Both the position numbers and the translations under genes were made by a program. A stretch of DNA of 50,666 nucleotides from an uncultured delta proteobacterium (GTDB lineage: Bacteria > Bdellovibrionota_C > UBA2361 > CAIXSY01): assembly GCA_903922175.1 (NCBI GenBank), contig CAIXSY010000232.1:1-50666 (forward strand), in the 5' to 3' direction. Each line of letters opens with the position of its first letter. Within the stretch, counting starts at the first letter, position 1. The notes under the pieces were generated by a model. The model was not told where the DNA came from and ran no database searches. It worked only from the letters and a program-made list of their open reading frames with translations. Shown in pieces: positions 34,954 through 42,354 of the stretch.

Positions 34954-36999
34954 TCACGTCAAAGCCCCCTCCTCATCCACAATTTCCTCCTCAAATCCCT
35001 CCAATTTCTTGCCAAAATCCTGGGCATCTTCAGCCATTGTCACGCGATCGACCTGGGCAAAACGAACTTGCCAATTTTTTCCCCATTTCTGCGCCAGGCG
35101 CGTACCGCGAAAGGGCACCATTGCTGGCTTGCCAAGCATCCCCACCTCATTACTTCCAAAGAGTAGCGGTTCGACCTTAAAAACAGTGAAGATAACCGAA
35201 CACGGCGGAACGGAATAGTCCCCGACTCGGCGTGCGATCCAACCAAACGAACTCAAGACAACCCGCAGCGCAGACCATTCCCGCACCTCACTCTCCATCA
35301 AACCGTGACGCTCAGCGATCTGCTTAATCTCCAGCAAACTAAACGGCGTAACGCATCTCTCGTGCGTCATCAGCGGATGCGCACCCCCATCTTCATGGAC
35401 CTGCTCAAAGGAGAGCGTCTGCAGCTTCTGCTTTTGACTAACGTGGTTCACGAGCTCCTCAAGTCGCTGCAGGATCGGACGGCTAACGATCTTACGCATC
35501 AAGATGAGCACCGTGCGCAGCGGCATAAAAAACAGATTCCCATGAGTGGCATACATGCCCCCAATAACCTCGGGGGCGCCAGTCATAATGGCGTCGAGCA
35601 ACATCTGATTCCAGGCCTGGTGGGCATCACAGACGATGCCATACAACTCGACGTCGTCACTTACGGCGGAGAGTTCATGCGGTCCGGCCAAAAGCAACTC
35701 CGTCCACTGGCGCAGCGCTCTGGTTGAATCCGACAGATCGACGGGAAAGTGTACAGGCGCATAGACGCTACTGCGCGATGCATAGATAAGCGCACGGCGG
35801 ATACGCCCTCGCGAATCGGAATTAAACTCTTGAGCAAAAGCAGCCACCGAGTGTAACACAGCACGAGCACTCAACTGCGGAAAATTCGAACGCCGCACCC
35901 ACTTGCCGGCCTCTTTCTCAAAGGCCATAATCTTGCCTGCCTCCATCGCTAGGATGACGACAGCCAGATCCTGCACCGGAATAGCTCCTAATTCGCGACG
36001 CATAGTCGGTGTTAAGCAGCGCTGCAAGGCACGCTGCAAATAAGCACCGTACTGCTCGGTATCGAGCTTATCCACAGCGCTACCCTCGAGAGGGGCAAAT
36101 ACCGCCAGATCCTGCTCGCCGTGTATGCCGCGTCCCGCACGATACTCACGCTGCAACTCTAAAGCATTCATCAGCGCGACCGCTGCGACCTCACCGAGAG
36201 GCGCTCCTTTAAAACTTCGATCGAGGAGAGCTGTCTCATCACGTGCCGCCACATACCCCGGGACCTCTGCGTAATGAACTATCATCGAAGCCAAAGCGAG
36301 AGAGGTTTCGGTCTCGGCCCCAAAATGGTGTAGCACCTTACCCAAGTCGGTCCCCTTGGTTGTCGACAGTTCGGCACTCTGCAGGGTTGCTAAGCCGGTG
36401 ATTAATTTTTCAGGCAGCCCCTGCTCATTCACTCGATCGAGGCCCACCTTAATCCCCGAGTAAAAGAGCCTGCCGTTGCTCGTCTCGCCAAGTATGTCGT
36501 TGGCAGTATGCACGCGCAGGGAGCGTCGTGCCCAAACAACCGCGCCGAGCACAACAAAGATCCATAAGCGCAACGAAGCGAGCACAAGAAAGCTGATGCG
36601 CAGCACGGCAAACTGAAGTGAGAGATAGGCACGGCGCTGGAACGAAAACTTCCCCTCGCTTTCGAGACGAGCGACGGATGCACTATTAAGAAAAGCCGTT
36701 GTTGAGATGCTATCAAAGATGCGCAGCTCCGATGAGATCCCGTGGCGCACTACCCAATCACGATACTGTTGCTGCTGCTCGACCATCCCCGAAGCCCACG
36801 GCGCACCTGAATCGAGTAGCGTCTGGCGTGCAACCTGCAGCCGAGTGCCATGCGGACCGGCGGCCTCCCCGCCAGCGAAAATAGCAAACAAGATTAAGAG
36901 GACGAGCGCACCAAAAAAGGAGATCTTAAGTAGGCTCCTGCTCCCGCGCCGCATCCTCGCAAACTCTTGTTGGTGCTGTTGCGCGATGGAGGAAGTCAA
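34954..36999 (-). CDS. large membrane-anchored protein of unknown function, encoded upstream of the coupling protein
   Basis: The 681-aa ORF has N-terminal TM helices (residues about 24-44 and 125-160) and a roughly 500-aa cytoplasmic-looking body. No catalytic motif recognised. Its position relative to the T4CP resembles the dotM-dotL, trbA-trbC or PFL_4697-traD pairs. Confidence 0.6.
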   Translation of the reverse strand: MTSSIAQQHQQEFARMRRGSRSLLKISFFGALVLLILFAIFAGGEAAGPHGTRLQVARQTLLDSGAPWASGMVEQQQQYRDWVVRHGISSELRIFDSISTTAFLNSASVARLESEGKFSFQRRAYLSLQFAVLRISFLVLASLRLWIFVVLGAVVWARRSLRVHTANDILGETSNGRLFYSGIKVGLDRVNEQGLPEKLITGLATLQSAELSTTKGTDLGKVLHHFGAETETSLALASMIVHYAEVPGYVAARDETALLDRSFKGAPLGEVAAVALMNALELQREYRAGRGIHGEQDLAVFAPLEGSAVDKLDTEQYGAYLQRALQRCLTPTMRRELGAIPVQDLAVVILAMEAGKIMAFEKEAGKWVRRSNFPQLSARAVLHSVAAFAQEFNSDSRGRIRRALIYASRSSVYAPVHFPVDLSDSTRALRQWTELLLAGPHELSAVSDDVELYGIVCDAHQAWNQMLLDAIMTGAPEVIGGMYATHGNLFFMPLRTVLILMRKIVSRPILQRLEELVNHVSQKQKLQTLSFEQVHEDGGAHPLMTHERCVTPFSLLEIKQIAERHGLMESEVREWSALRVVLSSFGWIARRVGDYSVPPCSVIFTVFKVEPLLFGSNEVGMLGKPAMVPFRGTRLAQKWGKNWQVRFAQVDRVTMAEDAQDFGKKLEGFEEEIVDEEGALT

Positions 37000-37221
37000 G
37001 ATAGAACCTCGTTTGCGAGTCGTTGTCTACTATAGTCCATAGTTTTATAGGATAGCTAACTGATATTCTTATATATTATTTAGCCACCCAGGCCACAGCA
37101 TAGCATGGAAAATAAATAAAAGCATGGTTCTATAAGATAACTAAGACTACTGCCGACTATCCCTTCGCGGAGTGATTTAATGTATAGTGCGCGCTTTAGG
37201 CGTGGCTTTGTTGTGATGGCT

Positions 37222-37354
37222 GCAACTGCTCATTAAGTGTGGATAGGGAAACGTGGTCGTGAGCGTGGTCGATGTAACTAGTTGATTTGAGGAACATTTC
37301 GACCACGACCACGAGCGCGAATTATTAAGTTACCCAGGCTTTATGAGTAGTTGC
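37222..37354. mobile_element. nested palindromic MITE-like element, copy 3
   Basis: Arms GCAACTGCTCATTAA (37222-37236) and TTATGAGTAGTTGC (37341-37354) pair with one mismatch and one bulge. The interior shares TAGTTGATT and GGTCGTGG motifs with copy 2. It lies in the divergent intergenic region of the T4SS-like locus. Confidence 0.65.
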
Positions 37355-37408
37355 CAATTAACCATCCCAACCAGCTGTATATATTTAATAAATGTTTTAG
37401 GCATCATT

Positions 37409-37441
37409 TTGACGAGATCACTGCATAACGGTAGTTATGCA
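37409..37441 (+). promoter_or_regulatory. candidate promoter/operator of the plus-strand T4SS-like operon
   Basis: TTGACG (37409-37414) is followed by the perfect palindrome TGCATAAC-GGTA-GTTATGCA (37422-37441), about 50 nt upstream of the first gene. The -10 element is not convincing. Confidence 0.25.
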
Positions 37442-37492
37442 TAGGAGCCGATTTCGATTTTTTGAGGACTAATCTCTTTTGGAGTATCGTGT

Positions 37493-37891
37493 ATGCGATT
37501 GGCTAAGTATCTAGTATTAATTATTAATTTGATTGTTGTAACAACCGTTAATGCCGATGCCCCGGGTGCTGCCAACACCACCCCCCCGGTATCCGCCACG
37601 ATCGAGCCAAGCGCTGGCATCGGACTTGAGCGTGTCTCTGGCGAGAAGCTGGCCACGGCCGTAGGTCACTATGCACGCGCTCGCTCGCTTCTTATAGCCG
37701 CAGTTAATGAGTTTGACAGAGGATATAAGGTAGCGAATCCAGACGCTATTTTGGATTCCAAGGCATGGCGCGGTACGCTTGTAGATCGGGCCGAAGAGTT
37801 GCAAAAGGTGATCGACCCACAGCCCCGCGCTACTCGCGGAGGCATTAAATTTAATGCTGATCCTCGTCTTTTAAATGAAGCAGGGAAGTAG
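37493..37891 (+). CDS. secreted periplasmic protein, unknown function (occupies the pilin slot of tra operons)
   Basis: The 132-aa product has a signal peptide (LVLIINLIVVTTVNADA) and then a hydrophilic helical sequence. It lacks the two hydrophobic helices of F-type or P-type pilins. Confidence 0.55.
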   Translation: MRLAKYLVLIINLIVVTTVNADAPGAANTTPPVSATIEPSAGIGLERVSGEKLATAVGHYARARSLLIAAVNEFDRGYKVANPDAILDSKAWRGTLVDRAEELQKVIDPQPRATRGGIKFNADPRLLNEAGK

Positions 37892-37935
37892 AAACTTCAG
37901 ATAGATATTTTGAGAGAAGGAGCGCTCGGTTAAGC

Positions 37936-38424
37936 ATGGATAATGGAGAGGTTATACCCGGACTGAACGAAGACTGGATGCTCGCAGGCGCTAAGCTGTC
38001 TGAGTGGGTCTGCGGCTTCATGGCTTTTATTATCTGTTCGGAGGTTATCTTCACCGACAAGATGGCTCGATCGATGCCCCTTCTTCTTCTTGTTGGAGCG
38101 TTTACGGTGTTTAGCATGGCTGCACTACGCCGCACCTTCCCCGATGAAGAGCGCGGTATTCGCAACGCTGCCATGACCGCTGTCGGTGTGGAGCCCCCTG
38201 GCATCCCTACCCCGGCAGCCCTACAGCCGATCTGGAGCGGAGCTCCTGTACGACAGTTGAAAGCAACCAGTAAGTTTCGGCGGTATGGACTAGATCTGGT
38301 GTTTGATGGCACTAAGCGCGAGATGCAGGATGAAGATCTCGGAGGTTTCCAACCCGGACTGAAAAGTATAGGCACCAGGCCAGTCAAAGCGGAAGCCAAG
38401 GTTGTTAAAGAGGTTAAAGAGTAG
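37936..38424 (+). CDS. small 2-TM inner-membrane protein, TraL-like position
   Basis: The N-terminal pattern IPGLNEDWMLAGAKLSEW followed by two TM helices recalls F TraL (FPETL...RWFGLPLDEL). The C-terminal 80 aa or so are extra. Confidence 0.4.
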   Translation: MDNGEVIPGLNEDWMLAGAKLSEWVCGFMAFIICSEVIFTDKMARSMPLLLLVGAFTVFSMAALRRTFPDEERGIRNAAMTAVGVEPPGIPTPAALQPIWSGAPVRQLKATSKFRRYGLDLVFDGTKREMQDEDLGGFQPGLKSIGTRPVKAEAKVVKEVKE

Positions 38425-38436
38425 GTAAGGCGCGAT

Positions 38437-39132
38437 ATGTTCAATTCGACTCAAGCAACCCAAAGGATTAAGGAGGCCGTTAAAGATGCCTCGGTAATCG
38501 AGTCTCGTAAAGAGTCCGACACCATCCGCTTGTGGGAGAATTACAAGGATCAGGCGCTTCTGTGGCGCTCTCTGGCACTATTGCAGATTCCAACAACACT
38601 GGTTGCGGTCGTCTTCTCGATGGTTCTATGGCATACGCGTCACATTAGCCTAAACGTTCCGCGCCAGCCTCTCCCCGGCGTCTATAGTGCGAACGAGATT
38701 CCGAATGAGAAATTTATCGAGTCAGCTACGGACATTGTCAACCTGATCGCCACCTATACCTCGGGAAACGCCCGCACGCAGTTTCGTAAGGCCAAAGAGA
38801 TGCTGCTTGAGCCACTTCTCAGTAGGTTCGAAATTGAGATGCTCGGCTCCGAGATTAAGCAGATTGAGAGCACCAGCCGTTCGCAGGTGTTTTTCGCCGA
38901 TCCTAGTAAGATCTTTATCGAGCGCGCGCCCTCAGGCAGAGAGGTCAGCGTACAGATCTACGGCGAGCGTCTTAAGCTCGTCGGCGGCAAAGAGATCCCG
39001 CCATTTCCAACAAGCTTCACGATAACGATGACCACGGTACCGCGAAATGTCCTCAATCCCTACGGCATTGTCGCCACCAACATCGCCATCGAGAATATAA
39101 ATCCGAAAGATATGAAGAAAGTGGGGAGATAG
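38437..39132 (+). CDS. TraE-like (VirB8-fold class) bitopic protein
   Basis: Single N-terminal TM helix (LALLQIPTTLVAVVFSMVLW) followed by a roughly 160-aa periplasmic domain. Size, topology and position after the TraL-like gene match TraE/DotI-type components. Confidence 0.5.
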   Translation: MFNSTQATQRIKEAVKDASVIESRKESDTIRLWENYKDQALLWRSLALLQIPTTLVAVVFSMVLWHTRHISLNVPRQPLPGVYSANEIPNEKFIESATDIVNLIATYTSGNARTQFRKAKEMLLEPLLSRFEIEMLGSEIKQIESTSRSQVFFADPSKIFIERAPSGREVSVQIYGERLKLVGGKEIPPFPTSFTITMTTVPRNVLNPYGIVATNIAIENINPKDMKKVGR

Positions 39133-39134
39133 AA

Positions 39135-39962
39135 ATGGGCATAAGTTTTGAGGTTAGGAGATATCGCATGAGAAGAATTTATAACACCATTGCCTTGAGC
39201 ACCCTCCTGAGCGGGGCAGTATTGTTCTCCCCGGCAGTGAGTTCGGCCCTCGATGTCGACTACGATAAGGGCGAGGTGGTTGTGCGCGTCACCCCGGGCG
39301 AGCCGACCCAGATTCAGTTCCCCGGAGCGATCGATGGCGGCTTCATGAAGAAGGCTTCAACGCTCTCATTGCAGCCAAAGGACAACGACCTGGTTGTCTT
39401 CGCCAAAGAGAATATCAATGAAGCCGGGGAAGCAATAATCGTGCGTCTTAAAGATGGCCGGTCTTACGCCGTGCGCATTTCGCGAGCCTCCGCCGACAAA
39501 CCACGCAACGACGTGGTCAACATCAACGACGCCCGTGGATCGATCCTCGGCGGTGAAGAGGAGGAAGCACCATACAAAGAGCGAAAATTTGATTACGCGC
39601 CACCCTCCCAAGTGAGCGGCCTGATGCGCGAGATGGCCCTAGCGGCTGAGTTTGGAAAGGCCAGCATCACCGGTTACCGTATGTCTGATGCCTATCGCGG
39701 CCAGCAGGTACTTAATGACGGCACCCTTATCGCCACTATTGATCGCATCTACATCGGACCTAATTTGTGGGGCTATGTACTTGATACTGCCAACGCCATA
39801 GACCAGACTCAGAAGATAAATCCGGCGGCATTTCGAGTTGACGGTACGCGCGCGATATCGGCCAGGAATTGGGAACTCGCCCCGGTGCCGATGAACGTTG
39901 AGCAGCAGCTCGCCGCAAAACATAAGACCAAGGTTTACATTGTGACTAAGGCACGTAAGTAA
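39135..39962 (+). CDS. TraK-like (VirB9 class) periplasmic/outer-membrane core protein
   Basis: Signal peptide. The C-terminal pattern W.YVL...N....INPAAFRVDGTRAIS ... KVYIVT parallels F TraK (FWQPGTRAV ... DVYVI) as I remember it. Confidence 0.55.
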   Translation: MGISFEVRRYRMRRIYNTIALSTLLSGAVLFSPAVSSALDVDYDKGEVVVRVTPGEPTQIQFPGAIDGGFMKKASTLSLQPKDNDLVVFAKENINEAGEAIIVRLKDGRSYAVRISRASADKPRNDVVNINDARGSILGGEEEEAPYKERKFDYAPPSQVSGLMREMALAAEFGKASITGYRMSDAYRGQQVLNDGTLIATIDRIYIGPNLWGYVLDTANAIDQTQKINPAAFRVDGTRAISARNWELAPVPMNVEQQLAAKHKTKVYIVTKARK

Positions 39963-40007
39963 GAGTTTCTAGTTGATGATGTGTAGGTTCGCGAAAGCGG
40001 AGGATGT

Positions 40008-41210
40008 ATGAAACAGAGATTCCAAGATTTGATGCTGCTCCTTAAGAAGGACAGGAAATACCAGTTTATAATTCTTGTTGCCGTAATTACGATGGCATGG
40101 GCTTTGCTGCATAAGCCGAGCAGCCCAATGCCTCCAAAGCCGTTAAGGGTCAAACCCGCGCCCAAGACAGGCGCACCGAGCGCCGAAGAGGGTTTTAACG
40201 ACTTAATCACCGCCTTTAAAACTGACGTGGTCACCCTCAAGACTCAGGTTAGCGAGATGAAAAACGCACGCGAAGGTGACAAAAAAGATGCAGAAGAAGC
40301 GAGTGCACGAATGGCGGAGATCCTGAAAACAGTTCTTACTCGTATGGAGGAGAAAAACAGCGCCGACCGCGCCATGGCTGTAGCGCAATCCCAAAATTCC
40401 GGCTCTCCAGTATCGGCGGAGTCGGTGGAAGATCCCGGCGATCCTAACTCTGGGATGGCGACATACAACAATGGGGCCGACGGCGGCACGATTGAAGCAT
40501 TTAAGGCTAAGCCAGACTTTGCTCCTGCCCCTCCTCCGGCTCCAGCTCAACAAAGGACCGCTATCGTTGGGACCGGTGACCACGTGCGCGTCAAACTCAT
40601 AGGCGCCGTCCATGCATCAACCGACGGCACCCCCTATCCCGTACTCTTTAAAATAGTATCTGATGTGCGCGGTCCAAACGATTCCAACCTGCCGGTTGGA
40701 GAAGCGATCCTCGTCGCCGCTGCGCAGGGCTCGCTTACCGATTCACGGGCGCTGTTTCGGCTTACCTCACTCAACATGGCCTATCCTGATGGCCGACGTA
40801 ATGTGCTTGATATCGATGGCTGGGTCGTTGGCGAAGATGGCATCGCCGGTATGGAGGGAAAGTTAATCGATCCTATCGGCAAGGCCATCGCCGCAGCCGG
40901 TATGGGAGGAATGCTGGCGGGCATCGGTGAAGGCCTTTCAGCCAAGAACATGAGCGTCCAGTCCAACGCTTACGGCGGCCAAACGATAAGCCTAACCGGC
41001 AGTGAGCAGGAGTATGCCGCGGGCCAGGGCCTGTCTTCGGCAGCTAAGGCCTGGAGCCGTATCGTCGAGCAGCGCGTGCAAAAGCTGCAGCCGATGGTCG
41101 AGGTACTCTCGGGACGTGAGGGCACGGCGATCTTCTCACGTTCATTTAAGATTCCTGGTCTGATCGAAGCATACCAGCTGAATGAAGATAGTTACTCATC
41201 AGTAGATTAA
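40008..41210 (+). CDS. TraB-like (VirB10 class) envelope-spanning protein
   Basis: N-terminal TM helix, coiled-coil segment, Pro-rich stretch (PAPPPAPAQQ) and a Gly-rich beta C-terminal domain (GWVVGEDGIAGMEGKLIDP). This is the architecture of TraB/VirB10/TrbI. Confidence 0.6.
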   Translation: MKQRFQDLMLLLKKDRKYQFIILVAVITMAWALLHKPSSPMPPKPLRVKPAPKTGAPSAEEGFNDLITAFKTDVVTLKTQVSEMKNAREGDKKDAEEASARMAEILKTVLTRMEEKNSADRAMAVAQSQNSGSPVSAESVEDPGDPNSGMATYNNGADGGTIEAFKAKPDFAPAPPPAPAQQRTAIVGTGDHVRVKLIGAVHASTDGTPYPVLFKIVSDVRGPNDSNLPVGEAILVAAAQGSLTDSRALFRLTSLNMAYPDGRRNVLDIDGWVVGEDGIAGMEGKLIDPIGKAIAAAGMGGMLAGIGEGLSAKNMSVQSNAYGGQTISLTGSEQEYAAGQGLSSAAKAWSRIVEQRVQKLQPMVEVLSGREGTAIFSRSFKIPGLIEAYQLNEDSYSSVD

Positions 41211-41236
41211 TGAATTGATTTAGCGGAGCAACACGT

Positions 41237-41698
41237 ATGAAGTCGCTGAATAAAAATAACCCTCTTAAACTGGCGCTCCTCGGTGTCATGTGCAGCCTGT
41301 GCTCATGCAACCTGGTGGGCAATTTTATGAATCCCTTCTACGAGCCACCAACGGAACTAGCGCTCCAGGGGGAGAAGAATGACCACGCTCTCTCGGGAGC
41401 CGGCACATCGGATAAGGCCGAGAACGCGCGCAGCGCACTTCAGGCCATGGGGGATTACCAGCGCACACACGACCCCAAGCCGGAAAACCCGGTGATACGG
41501 CCCGCCATCGTGCGCTTGATGTGGGTCCCTGATCATCTGAACAAAAGCGGCGACCTTGTCCCCTCGCACTACTACTACTTGAAGGTAAAGAAAGAGGACT
41601 GGGCCGTTACCGATGCATTTGACAATGAAGCGCAGCTCAACCAGTCCGGCGGCGGGCAGGCAAGCGCTTTCCCGTTTGTGATTGAGAACAGTAAGTAG
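41237..41698 (+). CDS. TraV-like outer-membrane lipoprotein
   Basis: Lipobox (MCSLCSC). The C-terminal motif VRLMWVPDHLNKSGDLVPSHYYYLKVKKEDW resembles the conserved TraV motif (R.W.aP..D..g.l......v......W). Confidence 0.5.
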   Translation: MKSLNKNNPLKLALLGVMCSLCSCNLVGNFMNPFYEPPTELALQGEKNDHALSGAGTSDKAENARSALQAMGDYQRTHDPKPENPVIRPAIVRLMWVPDHLNKSGDLVPSHYYYLKVKKEDWAVTDAFDNEAQLNQSGGGQASAFPFVIENSK

Positions 41699-41759
41699 CT
41701 AATGCTCAGTAAATGACAATACTGAGTAACTGACACTGAGTAACTCGAGGACAGCTGTA

Positions 41760-42347
41760 ATGGATCCGCAAACGAAAATGAACCTTCACTTCAGCGCCAT
41801 GATGGCGCTTTGCTCTCTGCTGGGCGCCTGTGGCCCGACAACGCAGGAGTGGACCCCAGCAAAGAAACCGAAGGCGTATCTCGTCTCATACCGTCAGACG
41901 GCGCCTCAGCCAACGTACAATCGTCTCACCTGGGTTAATTCGCCGGACGTGCTTCCGTCGAAAGAGTTACCGCAGCGTCCCGGTGAACGAATTATGCCGA
42001 TTTTTCACCTTGAGTTAAAAAACACCCCGGTAGATGAAGCTGCGCTGGTTATCGCCGGAACGTCGCGATATACAAGTACCTGTAGCAGCTCCGACTGTAA
42101 GCATAAGGTGAGCTTGAATACGCTAGGCACGACCGATGAGCTGGCCGAAGAGCTGGCCAAGAAGAGCGGCATGCATGTCATCGTCGACCATGATAATGGC
42201 GAAATTCGTGTCAGCGGCAGAAGTCTTGTAGTCACGAAGACAACAAAACCGGGTTTTTATAAGAAAAAGGCACCATCAGCCGTAAAGAAGGAGTCGACGG
42301 ACAATATCGAAACGTCCGCCGAAGACCTTCCGGTTGAGGGATCATAG
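41760..42347 (+). CDS. lipoprotein, unknown function (possible N0/TcpQ-like domain)
   Basis: Canonical lipobox LLGAC. The central segment (FHLELKNTPVDEAALVIAG ... ELAKKSGMHVIVD) is loosely reminiscent of secretin-N0/DotD/PilL-type domains. Weak call. Confidence 0.45.
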   Translation: MDPQTKMNLHFSAMMALCSLLGACGPTTQEWTPAKKPKAYLVSYRQTAPQPTYNRLTWVNSPDVLPSKELPQRPGERIMPIFHLELKNTPVDEAALVIAGTSRYTSTCSSSDCKHKVSLNTLGTTDELAEELAKKSGMHVIVDHDNGEIRVSGRSLVVTKTTKPGFYKKKAPSAVKKESTDNIETSAEDLPVEGS

Positions 42348-42354
42348 AGGTTGC

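Noticed and set aside
41721-41745. Short tandem ACTGAGTAACT repeat between the TraV-like gene and the next lipoprotein gene
   Set aside because: There are only two 11-nt copies with a 3-nt spacer in a 61-nt intergenic gap. This is likely chance or a trivial duplication, with no further structure.
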